Assembly (NCBI RefSeq): GCF_030684315.1 | Contig: NC_081387.1 | Coordinates: 26,654,647-26,718,646 of the forward strand | DNA: 64,000 nt | From: Stegostoma tigrinum | Taxonomy: Eukaryota | Direction: 5' to 3' | Shown: positions 1-12,249 of the stretch, piece by piece | Layout: the number at the start of each line of letters is the position of its first letter | Numbering within the stretch: the first letter of the stretch is position 1 | Notes under the pieces: model-generated | What the model saw: only the letters and a program-made list of their open reading frames with translations | Databases searched by the model: none | Told to the model about the DNA's origin: nothing | Made by a program: the position numbers and the translations under genes

Positions 1-116
1 CAAGAGAATGAGTTAAGTAAAAGGATCAGGGGTCAGGGTTTGCAAAGAGCAGGAGAAGGGACGCGTTGCAAAGCAAACAGATGCTGTCAATCAGTTGGGC
101 CTTTTAAACAAGTAGC

Positions 117-276
117 NNNNNNNNNNNNNNNNNNNNNNNNNNNNNNNNNNNNNNNNNNNNNNNNNNNNNNNNNNNNNNNNNNNNNNNNNNNNNNNNNNNN
201 NNNNNNNNNNNNNNNNNNNNNNNNNNNNNNNNNNNNNNNNNNNNNNNNNNNNNNNNNNNNNNNNNNNNNNNNNNNN
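117..276. other. Assembly gap (160 N)
   Basis: Run of N. Confidence 1.
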
Positions 277-291
277 GAGCTGCAGAGAGAG

Positions 292-786
292 ATGGCCTTC
301 CATCTGCTGCAGATCTCGGAGCAGGACAAGCTGCTGGGCAAACCTGCCTTCAAGGTGCTGGGCTCGCTGGTGCTGGCCACCGTCTTCTGGGGCTTGCAGG
401 AGATGGCCGAGGTGGGCTTCCAGTGCCCCTGGCTGGCCGGTTACAACGAGGTCTACGGTGTCTCCTTCCTGCTGGTGCCTGCCCTGGTGCTCACCCTCCT
501 TGGCGTCTTCCTGCACCGTGAGTGCCTGATGGGCTGGAGGGGTACAGCGGCCAAAGGAGAGGGGTGCTCATCCCAGCAGCCCCCTTCTGCCTGTGCACCG
601 GGCTCCTGGAGGATGGTTACCTCGCTGCGAGTCCTCTATCATGCCTGGGTGTGGATCATTGTGGTGCTGCTGGATGGGGACTGCTACACCTGTGTGCAAT
701 ACTTCCTCCGTTTGCATGGACCCAGCTCCAGCTCCAACCCCGGAGAGGATTCTGAGCTCATCCGCATCCTGCACTTCGAGTCTCGG
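292..786 (+). CDS. CALHM-family (calcium homeostasis modulator) channel, coding exon 1
   Basis: ATG at 292, although the gap just upstream makes the start uncertain. CALHM motifs FQCP..YN..YG.SFLLVPAL.L.LLG and WIIVVLLDGDCYTC. Phase-0 donor CGG|GTGAGT at 786/787. Confidence 0.8.
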
Positions 787-1014
787 GTGAGTTTGCTACC
801 AGGGCTGGGAAGGCACCATTTCTCTCGGCTGCAAGGCCATTCGCCCCCACCCCATGCTAGCCCTTGTGTAGCCTGGCCCTACCCCACCATCTCCACCCCA
901 GTCTTTCGTGTAACCTCCTGCACTGGAAGCCTTGTTGCCTTGTTTGCTATGCACAGTAATGCCAACAGTGTGGGTCCAAATCCTGCACCACATCAGGGGC
1001 ATCTCCCAACACGT

Positions 1015-1120
1015 GCACACACACTCGCACACTCATATCCACACGCATATACACACACTTACTCACATACACACACAGACACACACTCAAACACACATCA
1101 CGTGTGCTGCACCCACACAT
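1015..1120. repeat. Imperfect (CA)n microsatellite in the CALHM intron
   Basis: cacacacactcgcacactcatatccacacgcatatacacac... Confidence 0.85.
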
Positions 1121-1259
1121 AACCCATTGTCAGCTACTATGTGGTCAAGCAGCGACTGAGATGTAAAAATGACTGTTAATGGGTGTGAAAGGGAGAAAGT
1201 GCCCACACTGCTCAGAGCAAAATCAGCAAGACCGGGATTGTGTGAGCAACTGGAAGAAA

Positions 1260-2026
1260 ACTGAAGAAGGCAAACCAGGGCAGGGCTTGTGCTGTTAATG
1301 GTAAAGCTCTAGGAGGGTTGCCAAACAGAGAGACCGAGGGGTATAAGTGAATTGCTCCTTGAAAGTGGAGTTTGAGGTAGACAGGGTGGTGAAGATGGCA
1401 TTTAGTATGCTTGTCTTTATTGGTCAGTGCATTGAGTAGAGGAGTTGGAAGGATCATATTGTACTGTAGAGGACATTGGTTAGGGCCACTTTTCAAATAC
1501 CGTGTTCAATTCTTGTTGCCTTTCTATAGGAAAGATATTGTGAAGGTTGAAAGGTACAGAAAAGATTTACAAGAATGTTGCTGGGAATGGATGGTTGGAG
1601 CTAAGGAGAGAGAAGTTGGATATTTTGGGACTTCTTCCCCGGAGCGTTGGAGGCTGAGGGGTGGTGACCTTATAGAAATTTCTAAAATCATGAGGGGCGG
1701 TGATAGGGTGAATATTCAAGGGCTTTTAATTGGGGTGGGGAAGTCCAAAACTAGAGGGACATAGGTTTAAGGTGCGAGGGGAAAGAGAAAAAAGGGACCT
1801 GAGGCGTAACTTTTTCACACAGAGGGTGGTGTGTGTATGGAAGAGCTGCCAGAGGAAGTGGTGGAGGCTGGTACAGTTACAGCATTTAATTCTTGATTGC
1901 TACCTGAATAGGAAGAGGTGTGGGCTAAATGCTGGCAAACCGGACTAGGTCAGGCTTGGAAAATCTGCTCAGCATGGGCGTGTTGGACAGAGGGTCTGTT
2001 TCCATGCTGTGTGAATCTATGACTCT
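1260..2026 (+). mobile_element. CR1/HER1-type LINE 3' fragment (degenerate)
   Basis: RT C-terminal remnants (GDLIEISKIMRG, NFFTQRVVCVW) and a ctatgactct tail. Confidence 0.8.
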
Positions 2027-2904
2027 ATTGTTAACCACTAATAGTTCCCATTGGCAAGTATTCATTCTCCTAGGCTCACCTTTATTCACTCCTTTGTCTG
2101 TCCAACTGTTTTTCTCTCTCTTTGGGCCCTATCTCCACCTATTATTCACTCCTCCTCCCCTATCCCTGCCCTGCGTTCTGCATAAGCACCGCCCTTTTCC
2201 TAGCTACCATCAGTTCTGAAGAAGGGTCTAGGCCCAAAACATCAGCCTTCCTGCTCCTCTGGTGCTGCTTGGCCTGCTGTGTTCATCCAGTTCTACACCT
2301 TGTTACCTTCAGTTCTGAGGCAGGGTTACCGGCCATTGGCAATGTTAACTCTGATTTGTGGACGCAGAGAGACCTGCTGAAATATTCAAGCAATTTCTGT
2401 TTTTGTGGCTCCTTCTCAGCCTCTTCCCTCGTCTGAGGCATGGGTGACCCTCAGGCTAAGTTGTCACTTGTCAATCTCTCTGTAATGAGACAGGCAGCCC
2501 CTGTGGTCTGGTTAGACTTTGTCAGCTTTGCCTTTATTTGCTCTAGAGTGGAAGAGGTTGTGTGTGAGTCCATTAGGAAAGATGAGACCCTGAGAAGGAT
2601 GGCTATTCCACACAATCGTGGCCTGAGGTCAAAGTTTCTCTGGACATGGATGATGACACCGTTTTCTGGTCAGTGTACAGACTCATGAGTATCTGTGACC
2701 AGTTTGAACTGGCCTTGGGAGATGGGGTAAATGGAGGCAAAAGCAAGGACCTGTTCAATGGGAACTGGGCCGACTAATCCTTCATTCCCTTCACTGTCAG
2801 GGCAGATGAGCTGAATTTGCTAGGATTAAGGTTTGGAGGGGCTGGGGCGTGCACAAAATCTTGGGAGGAGCAAATTGCCAAGGTGAGGCAGAAACTGCTC
2901 CCTC

Positions 2905-3243
2905 GACAGGGTCAATACAGAAAAGTTGTTTCCCCTTGTGGGAAGGGCCTAGGCCCACAGGGCATAATCTCAGAATAAGGAGTTGCACATTTAAGACGGA
3001 GATGAGGAGGAATTTCTTCTCTCAGACGATAGTGAATCTATGGGAATCCTTACCCAGAAGGCTGGGTCATTAAATACATTCAAGGCTGAGAGATAGATTT
3101 TTAATCAAGAAAGGAATTGGGAGTTTTGGGGAAAAGGCAGGAAAGTGGAGTTGAGAATGATCAGGTCAACCATGATCTCACTGAATGAAGGAGCAGACTC
3201 AATGGGTTGAATAGCCTACTTCTTCTCCTCAGCTTTATGTTCT
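2905..3243 (+). mobile_element. CR1-type LINE 3' fragment
   Basis: GHNLRIR..FKTEMRRNFFSQ.IVNLW motif. Confidence 0.75.
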
Positions 3244-3554
3244 AAAGCGCAAAAGGATATCCCACTATTGAGGGATGCAATGAAGATGCAAGTCTTACTT
3301 TTATCATATCCATCTTCATGGTCCTCAGGATGAATCGCTTATTCAGTAACTGTGTTGGTAGGGGTACGAACAGCATCATAATCCTCACCCCATCCCCCTC
3401 TCTGATGAAGGGTCCAGGCCCGAAATGTCAGCTTTTGTGCTCCTGAGATGTTGCTGGGCCTGCTGTGTTCACCCAGCCTCACATTTTATTATCATAAACT
3501 AAATTCTGTTGCACCCCCTCGTCTGATTTTCAGATCAAATAAGGTATCCCTTGC

Positions 3555-4010
3555 AACAAATGCAGAAAGTGCTGGGGAAACTCTGCAGGTCTAGCAGTGG
3601 AGAGGGAGAAGCAGAGTTAACATTTCGAGTCCAGTATGACCCTTCTTGGGAAATGAAAAGAATAGGATATTTCCTTTCTACTTCCTACAGAAAGTTGTTA
3701 ATGGTGGAGAACGTGAGAAACGAGCTGTAAACTGGGTGTAAATCACAAGTGCGAGTGGGGAAGAATGGGTCATGTTTACTGAGAGCAAAATAAACAGGAT
3801 CCAAGGCAAAGGGTGGGGAGAATGCAAGAAGCGTTGCCAGTTTCTGAGGTTGTGGAATTTGATGCTGAGCCCTCGAGGCAGTAAAGCGTTCAAGTAGGAA
3901 TGTGAGGTGTAGTCCTTCGAGCCTGCGCTGTCCTTCACTGGAACAGTGCAGCAGCTCCAGCTCAGAAATGTCAGCACGAGAACAAATCATCTCTTCAGTT
4001 TCGCCCTCCA
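3555..4010 (-). mobile_element. Penelope-like element 3' remnant (GIY-YIG endonuclease C-terminus plus terminal repeat)
   Basis: Minus-strand translation ISELELLHCSSEGQRRLEGLHLTFLL and GLSIKFHNL resembles the Penelope GIY-YIG C-terminus (LxxCxxExxRKLEEQHLIFRL...GLNIEFNN). Followed by a degenerate terminal repeat. Confidence 0.6.
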
Positions 4011-4029
4011 GTCTCTTTTCGCAGTTTAA

Positions 4030-4200
4030 GATAACGAAGTGTGGAGCTGGATGAACACAGCAGGCCCAGCAGCATCTCAGGAGCACAAAAGCTGACGTTT
4101 CGGGCCCAGACCCTTCATCATGGTCTCTGCTGCCTGCTGTGCTCATCCAGCTCCACACTTCGTTGTCCTGGATTCTCCAGCATCTGCACCTCCCATGATC
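4030..4200. mobile_element. Short Penelope-type terminal-repeat insertion, inverted pair
   Basis: gataacgaagtgtggagctggatgaacacagcagg... followed by its reverse complement; flanking duplication 4012-4027 / 4199-4214. Confidence 0.75.
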
Positions 4201-4333
4201 TCTTTCCGCAGTTTGCTGTTACTGTCTCCGTGCGCTCAGCAAGAGAACTCGTCTCCCCGCGTTACACGACAATGAAGTGGCCCTTTTGCGTTTGGTTTCA
4301 CCTCTGTCCCCCTCATCTCTCCTTCATCCCCAG

Positions 4334-4963
4334 GTAATTGGGCTGGCCCTGCTGCTGACACTGGTCTCCATTGCAGTCGGCGTCGGCTGCTGCCACGTGT
4401 CCCGCTGCTGCGGGAAGCCTTACTATTGGTGGGAATACCAGCGGATGTACCTGGAGGAGGTGGAGAGACTGCTCCTGAGCAGCCTGAAGGACAGCGCCAA
4501 CCGGCGAGCCGAGGATACCTTCGGGAGTGAGACTGATGGGGGCAGCGTGGAAGACGCCTGGGAGCACATTTCCTCAGTGGGCTTCGCGAAGATCCAGTAC
4601 CCGGATGACTTCCGCGCAGCACCGAGGGCGAGTGCGGCAAGCCCCCCAAACCAGCAGGGGGCGGCGACGGACGAGCAACCCAGGCCGGGCGGAAGGGAAG
4701 AGGCGCAGCGGAGTGGCACGCCCCCGGCGCGGGGGGAGCTGGGCATCCGGAGCGAGCGGGCGCCGGCGGAGTCTCCGGTCCCCGCAGCCGGCGTCCACGG
4801 CCAAGCCGGACAGACCGAAGCAGAGCCAGCCCCTGGCCAGGAGGAGGCAGAGAAACCGGGATGGAGGACCCGGCTGCGCGGTCACCTCCTGGAGATCCAC
4901 AAATCCCTGCGCAGAGCGTTAGGAAGCGGCTGGAAGAAACCTCGTTATCCAGAAGCGAAGTGA
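4334..4963 (+). CDS. CALHM-family channel, coding exon 2 (TM4, cytoplasmic helix and long low-complexity tail); spliced product about 374 aa
   Basis: Polypyrimidine tract plus CAG acceptor at 4333. In frame with exon 1 (ESR|VIGLALLL, compare CALHM SQ|xLGW). YWWEYQRMYLEEVERLL matches the CALHM YW..Y...E...F/L helix. TGA ends at 4963. Confidence 0.8.
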   Translation, partial: VIGLALLLTLVSIAVGVGCCHVSRCCGKPYYWWEYQRMYLEEVERLLLSSLKDSANRRAEDTFGSETDGGSVEDAWEHISSVGFAKIQYPDDFRAAPRASAASPPNQQGAATDEQPRPGGREEAQRSGTPPARGELGIRSERAPAESPVPAAGVHGQAGQTEAEPAPGQEEAEKPGWRTRLRGHLLEIHKSLRRALGSGWKKPRYPEAK

Positions 4964-5245
4964 AGGGGGCAGGGCCCGGTCTGGCCTCGGTATAGACCTC
5001 CAGACTTGAGATGATTCCACAGGAGCCCCCTGGCCTCGAAAGAACGCATCATGGTGAAGCCTAGTGGGGTCTGGAGTCAGGGCCTGGACTGGAGACTTGG
5101 TGCCAGTGTGGACCGTCGTTCTGAACTTCTTATTTCTGTATTTTTCCAGTTTCTTATGCACGCCAGAACCTGTGCCTAGGTACCTTTGTACCTGAGCTGG
5201 CGCAGTAAGTGGCGACTTGTAAAGGTTTCGCTGTACTCACCTGAC

Positions 5246-5251
5246 AATAAA
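5246..5251 (+). terminator. Candidate poly(A) signal of the CALHM gene
   Basis: First AATAAA after the stop codon, about 280 nt downstream. Confidence 0.45.
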
Positions 5252-5592
5252 GCTTATTCTAATTCTAAAGCGACACACATACTCACCGCTTTGAAGGGAA
5301 CACCGGAGGTTTATTGCGGAACGGCAAATCTGCTTTTGCAAACCACCAAGTGTTTGTTAAGTCGCTGTTGCCCTCCCGGTTAATTTTGATGGGTGTGCGG
5401 GATAATTAGCAAAATTCAGCAGAATCCAGCAGATAATGTCGATCAGGTGGGAGACCCCCACCTGCCCCACTCAGGTACAATCCCAACTGTTTCATTTTGA
5501 AGATGAATAGGGAAGTTATCCCCGTTGTCTTGGCCACTCTTATCTCCAGATTGAGACCACATACAAAAAACGGCACTGACTATCTAGTTATT

Positions 5593-5945
5593 GGGCGGTG
5601 GCTCAGTGGTTAGCACTGCTGCCTCACAGTGCCAAGGACCCGGGTTCGATTCCAGCCTTGGGTGACTGTGTGGAGTTTGCACATTCTCCACGTGTCTGTG
5701 TGGGTTTCCTCCGGGTGCTCCGGTTTCCTCCCACAGTCCAAAGATGTGCAGGCTAGGCGGATTGGCCGTGCTAAGTCGACAATATGCAGTGATGTACAGG
5801 CTGCGTGAGTTTTCCATGGGACATATAGGGTTACAGGGTTCGCATGGGGCATGAAGGGTGCTACACCTGAGCGGGGTCCTCTATGGAGGATCGGTGCAGC
5901 CTCAGTGGGCCGAATGGCCTCTTCTGCGCTGCGGGTTCTGTGACT
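5593..5945 (+). mobile_element. HE1-like tRNA-derived SINE
   Basis: A box TGGCTCAGTGG, B box GGTTCGATTCC, central TGTGTGGAGTTTGCACATTCTCC...CCCACAGTCCAAAGATGTGCAGG domain, CR1-like tail. Confidence 0.85.
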
Positions 5946-6810
5946 GTGGTACTACCTAGTATAGGCACTTGGTATGGGCAAATTGGCTGCTGCAGTTGCT
6001 ACATTCCAAAAGGACCCACCCTTCAAAAGTACTTCGTTGGCCAAGATCCCCTGGTGAACTTGCAAAGTGTTATATAAATGTGAGTCTTTCTCTGATCAGA
6101 CTGAATAAAATAGATCACCAGCTGGTTTTCTGTTGATGGCTATCACTGTCACCATCAGTAACCTGGGCAGCAACACTGAGAATGGGCAGAAGACTAACTG
6201 GTAGAGATTTTACCATACACCGATATGGAAGTCCACACATGACCTTGGTGACTTGTTTCCGAGATGTAGTTAATCAGCTTCATTTTGCTTCCCTCTAAGC
6301 CTGGTTTTATCTTGCCTGTACACCTGAGAAGATTGGAGAAATGCCATGGGTAGACCTGGGGAGGTTTTTGGAAAATCAGAACTGAAAGAGCTCTGGATGC
6401 TGTCAATCAGGAGCAAAAAGAGAAGTTGCTGGAAAAACTAAGCATCAGTGTAGAGAAATCAGTGTTAACTCCAGTTCTGAGGAAGGTACCCTGGACCCAT
6501 GACATTAATCCTGATTTCTCTCCACAGATGCTGCCAGACCAGCTTAGCTTTTCCAGCAATTTCTGTTCCAGGAAATCGGTCTGCCTCCTATTTGAAGCAG
6601 ATAAGGAACCAAAAGAAATCACCTCCTTTGTGCTGGATCCTTTTCAGCAAAGCTTCATAGGCGTGTGGAGAGCCAGATGCAATACCTCAGCGGCTTGGCA
6701 CACTGCCTGTTTGCCAGCTGTAGCTCCAGTTTAGCCAATCAACCATAATTCTAACTGTTTTACAATAGTGATGGAAAAGGATGGACTTGATCTAAAAGTT
6801 AAAGTGCTAG

Positions 6811-7109
6811 CGACACGATGGCTCATTGATTAGCACTGCTGCCTCACAGCACCAGGGGAGGGGGTTTTATCCCACCCTTGGGCGACTGTCTGTATGGAGT
6901 TTGCACATTCTCCCTGTGTCTGCGTGGATTTCCTCCGGGTGCTCCGGTTTCCTTCCACAGTCCAAAGATGTGCAGGTTAGGGTGGGTTGGCCGTGGGAAA
7001 TTACCCCAGAGTGTTCAGAGATGTGTAGTCACAGGGAAAAGGGTAATGGGTCTAGATGAGGTACTCTGAGGGTCGGTGAGGGGCGTGTTTCCACACTGTA
7101 GGGATTCTA
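6811..7109 (+). mobile_element. HE1-like SINE
   Basis: Same central domain; gggattcta tail. Confidence 0.8.
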
Positions 7110-7124
7110 AATAAAAATAAATAA

Positions 7125-9555
7125 ATTGGAGGAAGTCCAGTTTTGATAGTTATTTGGTAGGAATTTTCAGAAGTTGATTGGGGAAAGCTGTTCTCAGATA
7201 ATGGGATGGCTGGAAAATGGAAAGTCTTCAAAAATAAGACAATGAGAGTTTGACCGTGCATTCTTGTTAGGGAGAAGAGCAAGGTGTGGGGAATGCTGAA
7301 TGATCAGAAAAATTGAGTTCATTAAAAAGAAGGAGGCATATGCCAGGTATAGACAGCTGGAATTGAGTGAATCCATCGAGGAGTATAAGGGCAGTAGGAC
7401 TATACTTATGAGGAAAATCAGGAGGGCACAAAGTATGCATGAGATAGCATTGGCAAACAGGGTTAAGGAAAATCTGAAGAAAGTCTACAACTGCAATAAG
7501 GGTAGCTAGGGAGGTAATGGGGCCTCCTAAAGATCACCAAGGCCACCCATGTGTGGAATCACAGGAGATGGGTGAGTTACTGAATGAATATTTCGCTTCA
7601 GAATTTACAGTGGAGAAGGACATGGAAACCAAGCATCTGGGGAAATAAATAGTGATGTCTTGAAAATAGGAGGTGCTGTATTAGTGCATGAAATTAGATA
7701 AATCCCCGAGATATAATTAGGTGTATCCCAGGACTTTGTGGGAAGTTAGGGAAGTGTTTGTTGGACATTTTGCTGAGATATTTGTATCATCAAAAGCCAT
7801 TGGTGAGGTGCCAGTAGATTGGTGGGTGGCTAATGTGGTGCTATTATTTAGGAAAGGTGGTAAGGAAATGCCAGAGAATTGTAGGTTGGTGAGCCTGATA
7901 TTAGCGGTTGGCAAGTTGTTGGAGGAGTTTCTGAGAGACAGGATTTACACAGCATGGTGGCTCAGTGGTTAGCACGGCTGCCTCACAGTGCCAGAGGCCT
8001 GGGTTTGATTCCAGCCTCGGGCGACTGTCTGTGTGGAGTTTGCACATTCTCCCCATGTCTGCGCGGGTTTCCTTCGTGTGCTCCAGTTTCCTCCCACAGC
8101 CCAAAGAGGTGCAGGTTATGTTATTTGGCTGTGCTAAATTGTCCGTAATGTTCAGGAAGGTGTAGATTCGATGGGTTATAGGGGGATGGGTCTGGGTGGG
8201 ATGCCCTGAGGTTTGGTGTGGACTTGTTGGGCTGAAGGGCCTGTTTCCACACTGTAGGGATTCTATGATTCTATGTATATGGAAAGGCAAGGACTGATTA
8301 GGGATAGTCAAGGTGGGATTGTGTGTGGGAAATCATGTCTAAGTTGATTGAGCTTTTTGAAGAGCTGAGAAAGACGAACGATGAAGGCAGAGCAGTGGAT
8401 GTTGCTTATATGGGCTTTAATAAGGCATTCAGCAAGGCTCCGCATGGTAGACTGGTTAGCAAGGTGAGATAATATGGAATCCGAGGGAGCTAGCTAATTG
8501 GATGCAAAATTGGCTCGAAGGTAGGAGACAGAGAGTGGTGGTGGACCGTGGCTTTTCAGACTGGAAGACTGTGACCAGCGGTGTGCTACAAGGATTGGGG
8601 TTCGGTTCACTGCTTTTTATCATTTCAAAAATGATTTGGGTGTGAATGTAGGAGGTATAGTTTGTAAATTTAGAGATAAAGCCAAAATTGGTGGTGTAAT
8701 GGACAGTGAAGAAGGTTGTTTCAGAGTAATGGCTGAAGAGTGGCAGATGGAGTTTAATTTAGATTATGTGAGGTGCTGTACTAAGGTAAACCAGGACAGG
8801 GCTTATACACTTAATGATAGGGTCCTAAGGAGTGTTGCTGAACAGAGACCTTGGAGTGCAGGTTCATAGTTCATTGAAAGTGGAGTCACAGGTAGACAGA
8901 CCGGTGAGGAAGGTGTTTGGTACGCTTGCCTTTATTGGTCAGTGCATTGAGTGTAGGAATTAGGAGGGTCATGTTGTGGCCGTACAGGACATTGGTCAGG
9001 CCTCTGCACAGAATGCTGCGTTCAATCTGGTCTCCCTGCTGCAGGAAAGATGTTGCTGAAGCTGAGAAGGTTGAGAAAAGATTTTCAGGGATGTTACAGC
9101 AATTGGAAGGTTTGAGTTATAGTGAGAGGCTCAATAAGCTGGGTCTATTTCCTGGTGCATCAGAGGCTGAGGGGTGACCTTACAGAGGTTTATAAAATCG
9201 TGAGGTGCAAAGACAGTGTGAATAGCTAAGGATCTATTTCCCAGTGTAGGAAAGTCCAAAACTAGAGGCCATAGGTTTAAGGTGACAGGGGGAAAGACTT
9301 AGAAGAGGCTTAAGGGGCAACTTTTTCACACAGAGGGTGGTGTGTGTATAGAATGAGCTCCCAGAGGAATTGGTGGAGGCTGGGACAATTACAACATTTA
9401 AAAAGCATCTGGATGGTTATGTGAACAGAAAGGGTTTAGAGGGATATGGGCCAAATGCTGGCAAATGGGACTGGATTAATTTAGGATATTGGGTTGGTGC
9501 AGGTGAAAAGTTGGTCCGAAAGGTCTGTTTCTGTGCTGTGCAACTCCATAACTCT
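7125..9555 (+). mobile_element. CR1/HER1-type LINE ORF2 remnant, interrupted by a SINE
   Basis: Fragmented RT motifs (GEVPVDWWVANVVLLFRKG, EEWQMEFNLD, LGLFP, FKKHLDGYVN) with stops and frameshifts. Confidence 0.85.
7949..8272 (+). mobile_element. HE1-like SINE nested inside a CR1 LINE
   Basis: Full SINE with (gattctat)n tail splitting the LINE sequence RDRIY|MY.ERQGLIRDSQ. Confidence 0.85.
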
Positions 9556-9697
9556 TTGTTTTACACCCTTGCCAGGCTCCCAGGCTAGTAGAATGACTGT
9601 TCAGCAATCAGGCTGACATTTCAATAGTGTTCAGGATGTGTTGGTAGCGATCAAACTGCCCAAGGGCAAAGCCTCTGATCATCTCTGCAAATCCACT

Positions 9698-10176
9698 GCA
9701 TCTGCAGTTCCCATTATCACTGATACAATTTTAACCTCACTGCGAAGCCTCTTCCAGGGATGCCTAACCTGAAGAAGTTACCCTCCTCCCTCCGCACCAA
9801 CCTCAGGGAATCTCTCTCCCACTGCAACTCTCTTGTAATCTGCCTCCCTAACCTGTTCTTCCTCTCACCCATCCCTTCCTCCCACCCCAAGCCGCACCTC
9901 CATCTCCTACCTACTAACCTCATCCCACCTCCTTGACCTGTCCGTCTTCCCTGGACTGACCTATCCCCTCCCTACCTCCCCACCTATACTCTCCTCTCCA
10001 CCTATCTTCTTTTCTCTCCATCTTCGGTCCGCCTCCCCCTCTCTCCCTATTCATTCCAGAACCCTCACCCCATCCCCCTCTCTGATGAAGGGTCTAGGCC
10101 CGAACCGTCAGCTTTTGTGCTCCTGAGATGCTGCTGGGCCTGCTGTGTTCATCCAGCCTCATATTTTATTATCTTG
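9698..10176 (+). mobile_element. Penelope-like 3' UTR / pseudo-LTR fragment
   Basis: Pyrimidine-rich tract ending in ctgatgaagggtctaggcccgaaccgtcagc...ccagcctcatattttattatc. Confidence 0.7.
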
Positions 10177-10689
10177 GCTCCACAATTGACCTCAGCGCAT
10201 AACCCTTAATGTGATGCCACCATTACCTGCTGCTTGTACAGGGGCAGGAATGAGTACACCCTGATTCCCAAATACTATCCATGTTCATGTTGAGCTCGCT
10301 AAAAGAATGAGTGAATCATGCAATAAGCTTGATTAATGAAATGGCCTCTTGCTGTTTCTGTATTGCTGTTTTTGTCTTGGATATCTAGCCTTTGCAATGT
10401 TTATTAAGAGCCCTTTACTTCTCTTTACTCTTTCATTCATTGTGTGTATCCAAAGGCGAGTAATCCAGACTATCTGCAAACAGTGAAAAGTCTGCTGTAC
10501 CAACAGCATGATGTATATCCTTCTTATTTTAAATAAATTCAAAGGGGAGTTTATGGACAATGTCATATTGGCTTGATTTTTTCACTTCTTGAGGCCTAGG
10601 ATAATCCCATCAGCGAGATATTATTTTTAATTTTATTTGATTTAGAATCTACCTATTACCCCTTGATATCTAATACCATCACTGGTGTT

Positions 10690-11660
10690 GAGCTGTCTTC
10701 TTCAACCACTGCAGTCCATGTGCTGTGGTCTGACCCACAATGGCCCTTAGGGAGGGATTTCCAGGATTTGGACCCAAAAACACTGAAGGAACGGCGATAT
10801 ATTTCCGTCATGATGATGAGTGGTTCGGAGGGGAACTTGCAGGGGGAGGGGGGTAGTGTTCCCATCTATCTGCTAGATAGAGTAGCAAACTTAGCATAAT
10901 CTGGAAAGAAAGGTGCAATTGATAGAACTAAACTAAAGACTATTTTATGAACATGAAAGACAAAATAATTTGTCTTATATTGTGCATTTCACAAGTAAGA
11001 GATGTTTGAAAGCGCTTCAAAGATAATTGCTTTTGAATTATAACCACTGTTATTTCTGAATCACTGAATTTCTGCAGTGCACCTTGTAGATGGTACACCC
11101 TGCTGCTAGAGAACATTGGTGGAGGGAGTGGGGTGCTTGTGTATGTGGTGACAATGAAGTGGGGACTGCTTTGTCCTGGATGTGTCAATTACTTAGATGT
11201 TGTTGGAGCTGCCCCCATCCAGCCAAGTGGGTGAGTATTCCATCACCCTCCTCATTTGTATCTTTTAGAAGTTGGACACATAATAGGGAGCCAGGAGATA
11301 AAATATTCACCACAGAATTTCTAGCTTCTGACCTCCTCTTGGAGCCACAGTAACTATATGCTGGCACATTTGAGTTTCTGGTCAATGTTTATCCCTAAGA
11401 TTGTAGAATGGTTGGAGATTCAGCAATAGTACTTAGATTATCTTGCTGAAAAATGCTCATCGCTTGGCATTTTTGTGGCATGAATGTTACTTGCTGCTTT
11501 TCAATGCAAGCCTGAAATTTGTCTAGGTCTTGCTGCATGGAGCCAGAGACTTCTCTGTTAGGCTTTGTGAATAATCATTATTTACGTATTAATGAAATTG
11601 CCCACTTCTGACCTTATGATGGAAGGAAGTTTATTGATGAAGCTGCTGAAGATGATTGTA
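10690..11660 (-). mobile_element. Old LINE (L2-like) remnants
   Basis: Degenerate shark repeat text such as ttccaggatttggacccaaaaacactgaaggaacggcgatatatttcc and gaaggaagtttattgatgaagctgctgaagatg. Confidence 0.45.
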
Positions 11661-12249
11661 AGCATCCCATTCTCTCCATCACCTAACTCATTTGGAATTG
11701 TTTTACACAATGACCGAACGTAAGCGACTGCTTCAAGTACAACTCAGGTGCACACTATCCCCGTGGTGTCATCAGTTCAAGACCCCATTGCAAACCAACA
11801 TCAATTTTTTTCTGGAGATAGGTGGGAATGTGGAGTTGAGCATATAATCATAGCAGTCATGAGTTTATTGAATGTCAAGAAAATTTGAGAGGATGAATTG
11901 CTCTTAATTCTTGTGTTTGTATGAAATAGAACATCACCCACACACCAGTCCCTCAGATTAATGTTGGCTTCCCAACCGTCCTTATGCCTACAGCAATTCA
12001 CATATGGTTCAGGTAATAAGCCAGATATTGAATTTCCTGAGGTTGTGTCTTTCGCTTTAACTCTCGGTTCCTGTGCACTCTGTTGTAAGAGGTAGTGGCT
12101 CTGGAGAGGTTAATGTTCATGTAACATTGGCTCCACCCATTCTGATGTTAGATGTAGTCTATCGGTGGAGAAGAGGAGTTCTGCTCCAGCTTTCAGAGCA
12201 AGCAGATGGGTCTGTACCAGTTCCCTAAGGTCTGAGTAATTGCAATAAA

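Noticed and set aside
787-1122. Continuation of the 360-aa ORF ending in a His/Thr-rich tail
   Set aside because: Read-through past a consensus splice donor into the intron; the HT repeats are a CA microsatellite.
5593-5660. tRNA-like A and B boxes (also at 7949, 16412 and about 53980)
   Set aside because: SINE heads followed by SINE body; no complete cloverleaf.
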